Shown here: piece by piece, positions 51,002 to 60,272 of the stretch
How the letters are laid out: each line of letters opens with the position of its first letter
How positions within the stretch are numbered: position 1 is the stretch's first letter
Assembly: GCA_043778225.1 (NCBI GenBank)
Contig: JAYWGM010000086.1
Coordinates: 1 to 64,000 of the forward strand
Source: Deinococcales bacterium
GTDB taxonomy: Bacteria; Deinococcota; Deinococci; Deinococcales; JAAFIG01
Direction of reading: 5' to 3'
DNA length: 64,000 bases
Program-made: the position numbers and the translations under genes
Notes under the pieces: model-generated
The model's database searches: none
Told to the model about the DNA's origin: nothing
The model's input: only the letters and a program-made list of their open reading frames with translations

Positions 51002-51387
51002 GCTGCCCTCGAGTCACAGCTTTGGCAAAGCCCGTACAAGGTTAAATGATGCTCAAAAACACGGTAGCCATTGGGCAGCAGTGTGCCACTGGGCAAATGA
51101 ACGGGGCAGAAATCGAGTTCAAAGACCTTTTGGCAATTCTGGCAGCGAAAATGATGATGGTGATGCCCACGCCGCACTTCATAGCGAGCTTCCTCGCCGG
51201 GCAACTCGACCTCAAGAATTTCTTGGTCGTCGCGCATTCGTTTGACTGCACGATAAACGGTTGCCAACCCCAGCGATTCGAGGTTACTTTTAGCTCGAGT
51301 AAAAATATCTGGAATGCCAAGTGGTCCTTCGGCACTTTGAAGCACAGCTAAAATGGTTTGACTTTGGCGGGTGTTGCGGCGATTCAT
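50998..51387 (-). CDS. Fur family regulator (Zur-like)
   Basis: GLATVYR, HHHHFRCQNC, HHLTLYGLC..C. Confidence 0.9.
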   Translation of the reverse strand: MNRRNTRQSQTILAVLQSAEGPLGIPDIFTRAKSNLESLGLATVYRAVKRMRDDQEILEVELPGEEARYEVRRGHHHHHFRCQNCQKVFELDFCPVHLPSGTLLPNGYRVFEHHLTLYGLCQSCDSRAA

Positions 51388-51442
51388 GTGCTTAGTTTAA
51401 CGTTTTGCAATGAGCAACGACAGTCAATAGGCTATTTTTGGC

Positions 51443-51495
51443 TTGACTTTTGTTTGACTTTCCAGTAGCGTAAAAAAGACCGATTGGTTTTTTTA
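51443..51495 (+). promoter_or_regulatory. TetR gene promoter and probable autoregulatory operator
   Basis: TTGACT-17-TAGCGT followed by the imperfect palindrome TAAAAAAGACCGATTGGTTTTTTTA. Confidence 0.6.
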
Positions 51496-51504
51496 AGGAT
51501 TTTT

Positions 51505-52119
51505 ATGCGTAAAGGTGAACGAACCAAAGAATTTATTCTCGAGCAAAGCGCTGCGCTTTTTAATAAGCAGGGCTATGCCAGCACCAGTTTATCCGACATT
51601 ATGGCAGCCACCAAACTCGAGAAGGGCGGTATTTACAACCATTTTGCCAATAAAGAAGCCTTGATGCAGGAAGCCTTTTTGTTTGCGGTGCAAAAAGTTG
51701 AAGCTCGCTATAACAGCCTACTCGAGGAGCGTGCCGATTCACGGTCGCGGCTGTTGGCGGTTCTCGAGGTCTTCAAAAGTTTTTTGACCGACCCGCCTGT
51801 GCGTGGTGGTTGCCCGATGCTGAACGCGGCAATAGAAGCCGATGATGCCCTACCCGCCCTGCGCCCCAGTGTGCGGCGGGCGCTTGAAGGCTGGCGCACG
51901 GCGATTAAAGGTATTCTCGAGCGCGGCATTGCTCGTGGCGAACTGCGCCGCGACCTCGACCCAGAAGGTTTCTCGAGCGTGATGTTGGCATCCTTAGAAG
52001 GTGGCGTGATGCTTTCCAAAATGTACCGCGACCCTGTGCATATCGAACGGGTGCTGCGCTTTTTTGAGTTGCAAATTGATGGTTTAGAAGTTCGTCCGTA
52101 TTTGTATGCTGGCGGGTGA
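51505..52119 (+). CDS. TetR/AcrR regulator (LmrA/YxaF-like)
   Basis: GY..TS.SDI..AT.L.KGGIYNHF.NKE; GGCP..N. Confidence 0.9.
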   Translation: MRKGERTKEFILEQSAALFNKQGYASTSLSDIMAATKLEKGGIYNHFANKEALMQEAFLFAVQKVEARYNSLLEERADSRSRLLAVLEVFKSFLTDPPVRGGCPMLNAAIEADDALPALRPSVRRALEGWRTAIKGILERGIARGELRRDLDPEGFSSVMLASLEGGVMLSKMYRDPVHIERVLRFFELQIDGLEVRPYLYAGG

Positions 52120-52201
52120 GGGGCAGGGAGAAAAGGTAAAAAGGTAAAGATTACAAGCTCTTTACGCGCAATGGTGCTGTTTTTAAAATTGGAGGAAAAT
52201 A

Positions 52202-52591
52202 ATGACCGAGTTAAGTATGTTGCAACAAACGCTGGTACAAACCCTAGAAATTGAAATTCTCGAGGGTACAAAAGACCGAGTGGTCGCTAAAATGCCTGTC
52301 CAGCCTAAAGTCCATCAGCCTTTTGGTTTTCTGCATGGCGGCGCTTCGGTGGCACTTGCCGAAACAGTTGCCAGTATTGGGGCGTACTTGAATGTGGCTG
52401 AAAACGGCGAGAATGCCTTTGGACTCGAGATTAACGCCAACCACATTCGCCCCAAGCGCGATGGTTTTGTGACCGCCACCGCCACCCCTTTGCACCGTGG
52501 CAAAAGTACCCACGTCTGGGATATTCAAATTACCGATGAAGCTGGCAAATTGGTCTGTGTCTCGAGATGCACCATGGCGATTACCAAGTGA
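52202..52591 (+). CDS. Hotdog-fold thioesterase (MenI/PaaI-like)
   Basis: HQPFGFLHGGASVALAET, GLEINANH. Confidence 0.9.
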   Translation: MTELSMLQQTLVQTLEIEILEGTKDRVVAKMPVQPKVHQPFGFLHGGASVALAETVASIGAYLNVAENGENAFGLEINANHIRPKRDGFVTATATPLHRGKSTHVWDIQITDEAGKLVCVSRCTMAITK

Positions 52592-52629
52592 CGGTTAGAA
52601 GGGTTAAAAGGGCAAAAGGTTAAAAGTTC

Positions 52630-53313
52630 ATGTCAAATGCCAAAATGATTGTTGCCGAACCAAGGAGTAGGATTATTGCCTCTGACCTCGAGGGAACGCT
52701 GACAACTGGCGAAACATGGCGTGGACTTAGGGCGTACCTCGAGCAGCATGGGCGCAAAACCGATTTTCAGCTATTTTTTGCCAGCCAAATACTTGGGTTT
52801 ACGGCTGCCAAGTTGGGTTTAATGCCAAAACGTGAATTTCAAAACCGTTGGACGGCCAACATCATGCGGCTTTTTGCTGGGCAGACGCTCGAGCAGTTTC
52901 AGGAGATTGCCACTTGGATTGCCGAACACGAACTGCTGCCCAAAGCTCGGCGCAGTGTGCTGTCCGAACTCGAGGCGGCTCGAGACCAAGGCACTCGGAT
53001 TATTTTAGCCAGTGGCACGTATCAGCCAGTGCTTGAAGCCTTTGCCAAGCCTTTTGGTTTTGAAGCGATTGGCACGCCGCTTGAGTACAGCAACGGTCGG
53101 CTAATCGGCAAAGTGATTGGTCAAATCAATGTTGGACTCGAGAAGCGCCAGAAACTCGAGCAACGACTGGCTGGACAAAAGCTGGACGTGGCGTATGGCG
53201 ACACCCTGCCAGACATTCCAATGCTCGAGATGGCACAGACTGCTATTGTTGTCAGTGGCGACAGCGCCCTTGAACGAATTGCCAAAGCTCGGGGCTGGCG
53301 AATCGTGGCTTAA
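52630..53313 (+). CDS. HAD-IB family hydrolase
   Basis: DLEGTL, LASG, K, AYGD...D.PML. Confidence 0.85.
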   Translation: MSNAKMIVAEPRSRIIASDLEGTLTTGETWRGLRAYLEQHGRKTDFQLFFASQILGFTAAKLGLMPKREFQNRWTANIMRLFAGQTLEQFQEIATWIAEHELLPKARRSVLSELEAARDQGTRIILASGTYQPVLEAFAKPFGFEAIGTPLEYSNGRLIGKVIGQINVGLEKRQKLEQRLAGQKLDVAYGDTLPDIPMLEMAQTAIVVSGDSALERIAKARGWRIVA

Positions 53314-54911
53314 AACCAGTTGCGGACAAGTGGAATAAAAGCAATACAGACCAATAAACCAATTAAAAATACAGCCTGGGCAAGCATGGTCGGGATGGTG
53401 CTTTTGGCTCGAGCCGCCACAAAAACCAGCACACCGCCATGAAGCAGTAAAAGTGGCATTGGGGCAATCAAAAATAGTGCAAACATGGTTGTGGCAATAC
53501 TCGAGCCAATCACGGTGCCATAGCGTTTCTCGAGCGGATAAAGCGCAAAAGCCCGAAAGAAAACCTCGCCCAATGGCAACACCAAAACCAATAAAATCAG
53601 TGAAACTCGCCAGTTGAGGACATCGGTGAAAAAGGTTGTTGCACCAATTTGACGGGTCAGATACTGGTATCCGATTGCCAGACCAATCAGTAGTAAACCC
53701 GCCGCAAAACCTTCGGCAAGGCTTTCTTGGCTTGGTTTACCGAAAAGCACTTGACTGATTTTCCAGTCGTTGTTCTTGGCAGTTTGAAAACTCAGCACCA
53801 GCAAAGTCAGGGTGCTGACAATTAAAAAAGTGTCCAAGGCTGTGCCAGACTGATACGGTGTAAGAATCGCAAAGAAATTCCCAAACAGCAAATTGCCAAC
53901 AAAAAGGGCGGCAATGCCACCCGCCAAAACACTGATAATCAGCCAGCTGTAAGCTGTCCCAACCGACCACGGGCGCGGACCATCGAGGATTTCGATGGTC
54001 GAAAGCGGTTCGATACGGGCTTCGCCAATCAAGTGCAGCACCAACAGCAGCACAATTCCCAAAAGCCACGGCAGGGTTCTTGAGATAAATAAACCAAACC
54101 AATTGCCACCAGAGTCCATTTGATTCATGACCCGTTGACCATCGGCAAAGCGCCCTTGCCCAAAATACGCATATGCCAGTGCGCCAAGGGCTTTTTGATA
54201 GGTCGAGCGCTCTTGAGCATTAAAGGCTTTGGGCTTAGAGACCACGCCCTCCAAGGTGCGAATTGCGTTTTGTAAGTCGCCCGTAATCCATTGGGTGCGC
54301 CCAAGGTCGGCAAGCAATGGCGTAGATTTATTGGGGGCTTCTTTTAGGACTGCCAAAGCCCGAAGCGGCTCATTTTTAAGGTATAAATCCGCCAGTTCAC
54401 GGCGCGAAAGCACATCGCCAGAGACCAATTGTACGGCTCGCTTAAAGGTTTCTAAAGCCTCGTCAAAACGCGATAACCGCTTTTGCGACAACCCCAAGAC
54501 CTTGTAGGCTCGCAGTTGGACATCGGCTGGTGCATTGGTCACTCGAGTCGCGGCTTGAATCGTGGCTTCCAGATTATTCTGGCGGTAAGCAATTTCGGCT
54601 TCGATCGTGTCGTCTTCGGCAATTGTGCCTTTGGCTCGAGCCAAGCCCAAGCTGGCGCTGGCTTCGCCAAATTTACCCAGTTCTAAAAGCACCCGAGCAA
54701 ATAAACGATGATAGGCGGCGGTTTCTGGGTCGTATTGGACCGCACTGCGGCACTGGCTTTCGGCAGTAATCGGGTCGCTCAAGCGCAAAAAGAACTTTTG
54801 GCAGTCGGCAAAGTTGCGCTGCGCCACACGCTGGGTGTTAATCAGTTGTGCCGTGGCGATGTTGCCAAAAGCAAAAGTAAAAAAAACCAAAAAACCAGAT
54901 AACCACTTCAT
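53310..54911 (-). CDS. TPR protein fused to a degenerate CPBP/Abi membrane domain
   Basis: Signal peptide, TPRs, multiple TMs, GEVFFR. Confidence 0.7.
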   Translation of the reverse strand: MKWLSGFLVFFTFAFGNIATAQLINTQRVAQRNFADCQKFFLRLSDPITAESQCRSAVQYDPETAAYHRLFARVLLELGKFGEASASLGLARAKGTIAEDDTIEAEIAYRQNNLEATIQAATRVTNAPADVQLRAYKVLGLSQKRLSRFDEALETFKRAVQLVSGDVLSRRELADLYLKNEPLRALAVLKEAPNKSTPLLADLGRTQWITGDLQNAIRTLEGVVSKPKAFNAQERSTYQKALGALAYAYFGQGRFADGQRVMNQMDSGGNWFGLFISRTLPWLLGIVLLLVLHLIGEARIEPLSTIEILDGPRPWSVGTAYSWLIISVLAGGIAALFVGNLLFGNFFAILTPYQSGTALDTFLIVSTLTLLVLSFQTAKNNDWKISQVLFGKPSQESLAEGFAAGLLLIGLAIGYQYLTRQIGATTFFTDVLNWRVSLILLVLVLPLGEVFFRAFALYPLEKRYGTVIGSSIATTMFALFLIAPMPLLLLHGGVLVFVAARAKSTIPTMLAQAVFLIGLLVCIAFIPLVRNWF

Positions 54912-54958
54912 TGTTAAGTATTCTACACATGAATTCAGCCAAGATGTTACCGTAACTC

Positions 54959-55834
54959 ATGAAAACGCTGGCGCTGGCTTTGTCTGGTGGTGGAATTCGC
55001 GGTTGCGCCCATCTTGGTGTGCTGTTGGCATTTGAACAGGCGGGCATTCCGATTGCGGCAATCGCTGGGACATCGAGCGGCGCAATTGCAGCGATGATTT
55101 TTACCCGAGAAGCGCCCCAAACCCGAGGTCAAACCTATCAAAAACTCGAGCGAATTGGGCGCTTAGGCTACGGCGAACTCGAGTACCTGTTTCATCCGCC
55201 CAAAAACCCCAATCCTCTGGATGCACTCAGTAAAACCGTGGCAAGTTGGGAAAAAGTGATTCGTGGTGGTGTTTTTGGGGCGGGTTTGGTCAGCCATGAA
55301 CCGTTGCGCTCGAGCTTAATTGCTTTGGTTGGCGGCGCTCGGTTTGAGGATTCGCCGATTCCACTTGGATTCTTAGCGACCGACATCATGACTGGCGAAC
55401 GGGTTGTGCTGCGCGAGGGTTCGATGCTCGAGGCAGCCTTGGCTTCGAGTGCGATTCCAGGGGTTTTTGCCCCAGTCCAGATTGCGGGGCGGTTTTTGGT
55501 CGATGGTCATGTTCTCGAGAATGTGCCAGTCAGTGTGGCTCGAGAACTTGCCCCAGAGGCGCTGGTCTTGGCGGTGGATGTTGGCGACCAAAGCACCCCA
55601 GCCACGATTCCCAAAACCGCCCTTGATGTGATTTTACGCAGCGCCCATATCTCGAGGGACACGTTGCGTCGCCAGAGCATGGAACGTGCCGACTTGGTTT
55701 TGCGGCTTGGCGATTTACCCGGCGGCGCATTTGAATATGGGCAATCGCAAGCCCTGTTTGAAGCTGGCTTGGCTCGAGCCAGCGCCATGATGCCAGAGAT
55801 AAAAGAGCGATTGGGCTTTTTGTTGCCCAAGTAG
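54959..55834 (+). CDS. Patatin-like phospholipase
   Basis: GGGIRG, GTSSG, ASSAIPG.F, VDG. Confidence 0.9.
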   Translation: MKTLALALSGGGIRGCAHLGVLLAFEQAGIPIAAIAGTSSGAIAAMIFTREAPQTRGQTYQKLERIGRLGYGELEYLFHPPKNPNPLDALSKTVASWEKVIRGGVFGAGLVSHEPLRSSLIALVGGARFEDSPIPLGFLATDIMTGERVVLREGSMLEAALASSAIPGVFAPVQIAGRFLVDGHVLENVPVSVARELAPEALVLAVDVGDQSTPATIPKTALDVILRSAHISRDTLRRQSMERADLVLRLGDLPGGAFEYGQSQALFEAGLARASAMMPEIKERLGFLLPK

Positions 55835-55872
55835 CACAGTAAAAACCAGTCTCGAGGATACACTAAAAGCCT

Positions 55873-56814
55873 ATGGAATACAGACGACTTGGAAACAGTG
55901 GCTTAAAAATCTCGAGAATTGCCTTGGGTGGCTGGACAACCTTTGGCGGCAGTGTCACCGATGAAGCCTTGGCGCGGAGCATCATCGAACAAGCCATTGA
56001 AGGCGGAATTAACTTTTTTGACCAAGCCGATATTTATGCCAAAGGGCAATCCGAGCTTTTGATGGGCAAAATCCTCAAAGACCAAAACCGCAATAACTTG
56101 GTCATCTCGAGTAAGTGCTATTGGAATATGTCCGAAGACCCCAACGACCGTGGTCTGTCGCGCAAGCACATCATGCAGAGCGTAGATGGCAGCCTCAAGC
56201 GCCTTGGTACGGATTATTTGGATATGTACTTTTGTCATCGCTATGACCTCGAGACCCCACTCGAGGAAACCGTTTCTGCCATGACCGATTTGGTACGCAC
56301 GGGCAAAATTTTGTACTGGGGAACATCCGAATGGACTGGTCAGCAAATCGAAGACGCGGTGACGCTGGCAAAAGCCAATGGCTTGGTTGCGCCTGTGGTC
56401 GAGCAGCCGCACTACAGCCTTGCCTTTCGTCAGCGCGTCGAGCAAGAAATCATGCCAACCACCACCAAGCACGGCATTGGGCTGGTGGTTTGGTCACCGT
56501 TGGGCATGGGTGTTTTAACTGGCAAATTCGACAACGGCGAAGTGCTTGGCTCGAGACTGACCGACACCAAAATTGGGCGCGAGTTGTACACCCCAGAAAT
56601 CATCGAAAAAGTGCGCCAATTAAAACCCATTGCCGATGAACTTGGGATAACCCGCACGGCTTTGGCGCTTGGCTGGGTGCTGCGAAGCCAAGCTGTCTCG
56701 AGCGCGATTGTTGGCGCAACCAAACCCGAGCAACTTTCCGAAAGCCTCAAAGCCAAGGATTTGGTTTTAGAAGCCAGTGTTCTCGAGAAGCTAGACTCAA
56801 TTTTTAGTTTATAA
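55873..56814 (+). CDS. Aldo/keto reductase (Kv-beta-like)
   Basis: YRRLG.SGLK, D.A..Y, GLSRKHI, SLKRL.TDY.D, WSPL. Confidence 0.92.
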   Translation: MEYRRLGNSGLKISRIALGGWTTFGGSVTDEALARSIIEQAIEGGINFFDQADIYAKGQSELLMGKILKDQNRNNLVISSKCYWNMSEDPNDRGLSRKHIMQSVDGSLKRLGTDYLDMYFCHRYDLETPLEETVSAMTDLVRTGKILYWGTSEWTGQQIEDAVTLAKANGLVAPVVEQPHYSLAFRQRVEQEIMPTTTKHGIGLVVWSPLGMGVLTGKFDNGEVLGSRLTDTKIGRELYTPEIIEKVRQLKPIADELGITRTALALGWVLRSQAVSSAIVGATKPEQLSESLKAKDLVLEASVLEKLDSIFSL

Positions 56815-58173
56815 GCCCAGCACCAATCTGGCGATGTTAAAGTAAATCAATAAGCCTGTGGCATCCATAATCGTGGCTAAAAATGGACTCGAGGTTAAAG
56901 CCGGGTCTATTTTTAGTTTGTAAAAAGCAATCGGTAGCATTGCGCCGACCATGTTGGAGACCAGCACAATTGCAAAAACCGCCAAAGCAATCGTCAGGGC
57001 AATTGGTGTGCCGGCTTCGGATTTTAAGAGCAGCACCCGCACAAAAGCGAAAATTGCCAAGGTGATACCGAGCAGTAAGCCCGTGCTAAATTCTTTGCCC
57101 AGCACTTTTAAGGCATCGCGCCCACGAATTTGTCCTTGCGAAATGGCGCGGATAATCAGCACCGCGCTCTGTGAACCAGTGTTGCCACCCGTGCCAATCA
57201 GGGCAGCAATATAACTTTGCAAAATAATTTGTTGTTTTAATAAATCCTCGTAGCTCGAGTTGACCGAGACGGTTAAAAGCTCCGAGACCGACAAAGCCGC
57301 CAACCACAACACCCGCTTACGCCACAAAGTAAACGGACTGGTGCGAAGGTAATCAATCTCCGAGCCTTCCATGGCTGCACCTTTATAAATGTCTTCGGTG
57401 GCTTCTTCTTCGATGACATCAATCACGTCATCAATCGTGATGATGCCTTTAAGGACTCCATTCACATCCACCACCGGCATGACATTGAGGTCGTAATCGC
57501 GCATTAAACGCGCCACTTCTTCTTGGTCGGTATCGGTGCGGGCAAAAATAATTTCGCGCCGTGCAATGTCCTCAATTTTGGCTCGAGGTGGAGCAGTCAC
57601 CAGACTTTGCAAAGAAATCATGCCGGTCAGTTTTTCTTCGGCATTGACGACATATAAATTACTGACTGTTTCGGCGTGGTCGGCGGCTTGGCGCAAAAAT
57701 TGTAAGGTGTGCTGCACCGTCCAAGCCTCGAGAACCGCCACAAACTCCGAGGTCATCATGCCGCCTGCGTCGTCGTCTTCGTATTGCAACAGCGTTAAAG
57801 CACTCGAAGAAAGGGTCGGTGGCAGGGCAGCCAACAAGTGGTCTCGAGCTTCGCCACTGCCGAGTTCTTGGAGTAAATCGGCAATTTCGTCCGGTCCAAT
57901 AAACGCACCCATAACCCGCAAACGGTTGGCGGTTAGGTCAGTTAGGTACTCGGCTTGCTCTGGCAGAGGTAAATCGGTAAAGGTGCTGGCAGCCCGTTCG
58001 ACTGGCAGGAGGCGCAAAAACTCGAGTCGTTCGCTGCGTGTGGCATCTTGGAAAGCCGCGTCAAGGCTGGTTTCGGGCTGACTGCGGAGTAAGGCTTTGA
58101 ACTCGAGGCGTTCGCCTTCGCGCAATACCGCCAGAAGTTGGCTCGGCTCGAGGACAGTTTCAAAACTGGTCAT
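56809..58173 (-). CDS. mgtE: Magnesium transporter MgtE
   Basis: Y..D.AGG.M, CBS pair, EEATED, GGNTGSQ, DPA..S.PF..T..D. Confidence 0.93.
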   Translation of the reverse strand: MTSFETVLEPSQLLAVLREGERLEFKALLRSQPETSLDAAFQDATRSERLEFLRLLPVERAASTFTDLPLPEQAEYLTDLTANRLRVMGAFIGPDEIADLLQELGSGEARDHLLAALPPTLSSSALTLLQYEDDDAGGMMTSEFVAVLEAWTVQHTLQFLRQAADHAETVSNLYVVNAEEKLTGMISLQSLVTAPPRAKIEDIARREIIFARTDTDQEEVARLMRDYDLNVMPVVDVNGVLKGIITIDDVIDVIEEEATEDIYKGAAMEGSEIDYLRTSPFTLWRKRVLWLAALSVSELLTVSVNSSYEDLLKQQIILQSYIAALIGTGGNTGSQSAVLIIRAISQGQIRGRDALKVLGKEFSTGLLLGITLAIFAFVRVLLLKSEAGTPIALTIALAVFAIVLVSNMVGAMLPIAFYKLKIDPALTSSPFLATIMDATGLLIYFNIARLVLGL

Positions 58174-58200
58174 GGTTCACCCCATTTTTTAGTGCATGAC

Positions 58201-58281
58201 TTATCTGGGGTTCAAGGCAACATGAACCCCGCGACGACTTAACGGCTCTGGGTCGGCTGTGTTACTTAGCTCGGTTTTCAT
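58201..58281 (-). CDS. Putative 26-aa leader peptide upstream of mgtE (MKTELSNTADPEPLSRRGVHVALNPR)
   Basis: AGGGGTG RBS plus ATG; DPEP motif; stop 27 nt before the mgtE start; overlapping alternative hairpins. Confidence 0.6.
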   Translation of the reverse strand: MKTELSNTADPEPLSRRGVHVALNPR

Positions 58282-58363
58282 ATCACCCCTTTTTCGAGAA
58301 AATTATCTCGAGGCTTGCAGTCTAAGTCGGTGTTTGTGGCTGTGTCAATCGTAGAATGACCAG

Positions 58364-59002
58364 ATGATAGAAGCGGTTTTTTTTGATGTTGGCGAAACTT
58401 TGGTTTCAGAAACCGAACAGTGGGGACACTGGGCAGACGTACTCGGTGTCTCGAGGCTGACTTTTTTTGCAGCACTCGGGATGGTGATTAGCAACAATTG
58501 GCATCACCGACTGGTCTTTGAATTGTTTGGTACAACCTACCAAGCAGCACGACTCGCGCAAGAAAAACGTGGCATTGTGGCTCAAGAAATACAAATTTCA
58601 GATTTTTACTCAGATGCGATTCCTTGCCTTTTGGCACTGCGCCAAGCGGGTATCAAGGTTGGCATTGCTGGCAACCAACCCGAACGCACCGAACAGATTT
58701 TAAGCCATCTCGAGTTACCGATTGATTATTTGGCTTCAAGTGCCAGTTGGGGCATCGAAAAACCCGACCCCGCTTTTTTTAAGCGCATCATCGAAATCAC
58801 CAAGCTCGAGCCAGCGCAGATTGCCTATGTTGGCGACCGCCTCGACAACGATATTTTGCCTGCCAAAGCCCTTGGGATAACGGCGGTGTTTCTCGAGCGT
58901 GGACCATGGGGAATCATTCATGCCCAACGCGAGGAAGTCAAAAAAGCCGACCTGCATTTACGCAGCCTCAAGCCTTTGCTGGGTCATCTTTTAGGTGCCT
59001 AA
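58364..59002 (+). CDS. HAD family hydrolase
   Basis: FFDVGETL, GNQ, KPDP.FF, YVGDRLDND. Confidence 0.88.
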   Translation: MIEAVFFDVGETLVSETEQWGHWADVLGVSRLTFFAALGMVISNNWHHRLVFELFGTTYQAARLAQEKRGIVAQEIQISDFYSDAIPCLLALRQAGIKVGIAGNQPERTEQILSHLELPIDYLASSASWGIEKPDPAFFKRIIEITKLEPAQIAYVGDRLDNDILPAKALGITAVFLERGPWGIIHAQREEVKKADLHLRSLKPLLGHLLGA

Positions 59003-59980
59003 AATTGTTTCAATTTGCTCGAGTTCTAAAGCCTCAAAGGCTAACTTATCCAATGCCCCAACCGCGTCTTCGATTTGGCTGACACTGCTTGCACCGATTA
59101 AAGCCGAATTGACTTGAGGTAAACGCAGCACCCAAGCCAATGCCATTTGGGCAAGCGTCTGCCCTCGAGCTTGGGCTAACATATTTAAGGCTTGGACTTT
59201 CTCGAGTTTATGGTCGGTGATTTGTTCTGGGCGCAAATACCCATGGGCTTTACTGGCGCGTGAACCATCGGGGATACCCGTTAAGTATTTACTCGAGAGT
59301 AAGCCCTGAGCCAACGGCGAAAAAACAATTGAACCGATGCCTTCTTGGTGCAACACCTCGGTCAAACCATTTTCGATCCAACGGTCAAACATATTGTAGT
59401 TGGGTTGGTGAATCAGGCATGGCGTACCGAGTTGGCGCAGGATTTTAGCGGCTTCTAAAGTCTGTTCTGGGTTGTAACTCGAGATACCGGCGTACAATGC
59501 CCTGCCGCTTCGGACAATAAAATCAAGGGCTTGCATCGTTTCCTCAAGTGGCGTGTTGGGGTCAAAGCGGTGCGAATAAAAAATATCGACATAAGGCACG
59601 TTCATGCGTTTCAGGCTTTGGTCACAACTGGCAACCAAGTATTTGCGGCTGCCCCACTCGCCATATGGACCCGCCCACATCAAGTAGCCAGCCTTGCTCG
59701 AGAGGATGAGTTCATCGCGGTACGGCATAAAATCTTGCTTAAAAATCGTGCCAAAGTTTTCTTCGGCGCTGCCGGGCGGTGGACCATAATTGTTAGCAAG
59801 GTCAAAGTGGTTAATCCCAAGGTCAAAGGCACGGCGCAGCATCGCACGGCTGTTCTCGAGGGTGTCTACGCCACCAAAGTTATGCCATAACCCCAGCGAA
59901 ATCGCGGGCAGTTGCAGTCCGCTTTTGCCAACGCGGTTGTAAAGCATTTTGTCATACCGATTTTCGGAAGCTGAGTACAT
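58991..59980 (-). CDS. L-glyceraldehyde 3-phosphate reductase (MgrA/YghZ-type aldo/keto reductase)
   Basis: SLGLWHNFG, FDLANNYGPPPGSAE, KAGY.MW.GPYG.WGSRKYL. Confidence 0.92.
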   Translation of the reverse strand: MYSASENRYDKMLYNRVGKSGLQLPAISLGLWHNFGGVDTLENSRAMLRRAFDLGINHFDLANNYGPPPGSAEENFGTIFKQDFMPYRDELILSSKAGYLMWAGPYGEWGSRKYLVASCDQSLKRMNVPYVDIFYSHRFDPNTPLEETMQALDFIVRSGRALYAGISSYNPEQTLEAAKILRQLGTPCLIHQPNYNMFDRWIENGLTEVLHQEGIGSIVFSPLAQGLLSSKYLTGIPDGSRASKAHGYLRPEQITDHKLEKVQALNMLAQARGQTLAQMALAWVLRLPQVNSALIGASSVSQIEDAVGALDKLAFEALELEQIETILGT

Positions 59981-60107
59981 AACAGATTCTAACACGTTTA
60001 CCGTAGTTCACCCTGTGAGACAATATAAATTGTAATGCACTTTGAAAAAAAGGTCTAAGCCGTTTACCCAATAGCAAATGAAAGCTCTGACCAACTAAAA
60101 TTTAAGC

Positions 60108-60272
60108 ATGGCACGACAGCGCATTAAAAAAACCGACCTCGAGAAACTCAAAATGACGTTAGAGAAACCCAAACCAATTCTGGGTCATGTGGTCTCGAGA
60201 CCTGTGCAAACCCACGAAAACGAACGGCGCTATAACCGCAAGCGCGATAAAAAAGTGGATACAAACGAATGA
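60108..60272 (+). CDS. Unannotated 54-aa basic small protein
   Basis: TAAAAT-6nt-ATG leaderless start; ATGA overlap with the MFS start; two CTCGAG sites like host genes. Confidence 0.7.
   Translation: MARQRIKKTDLEKLKMTLEKPKPILGHVVSRPVQTHENERRYNRKRDKKVDTNE

Noticed and set aside
58175..58350. M-box (ykoK) riboswitch before mgtE
   Set aside because: No recognisable M-box core in a short intergenic region shared with a divergent gene; the uORF model fits better.
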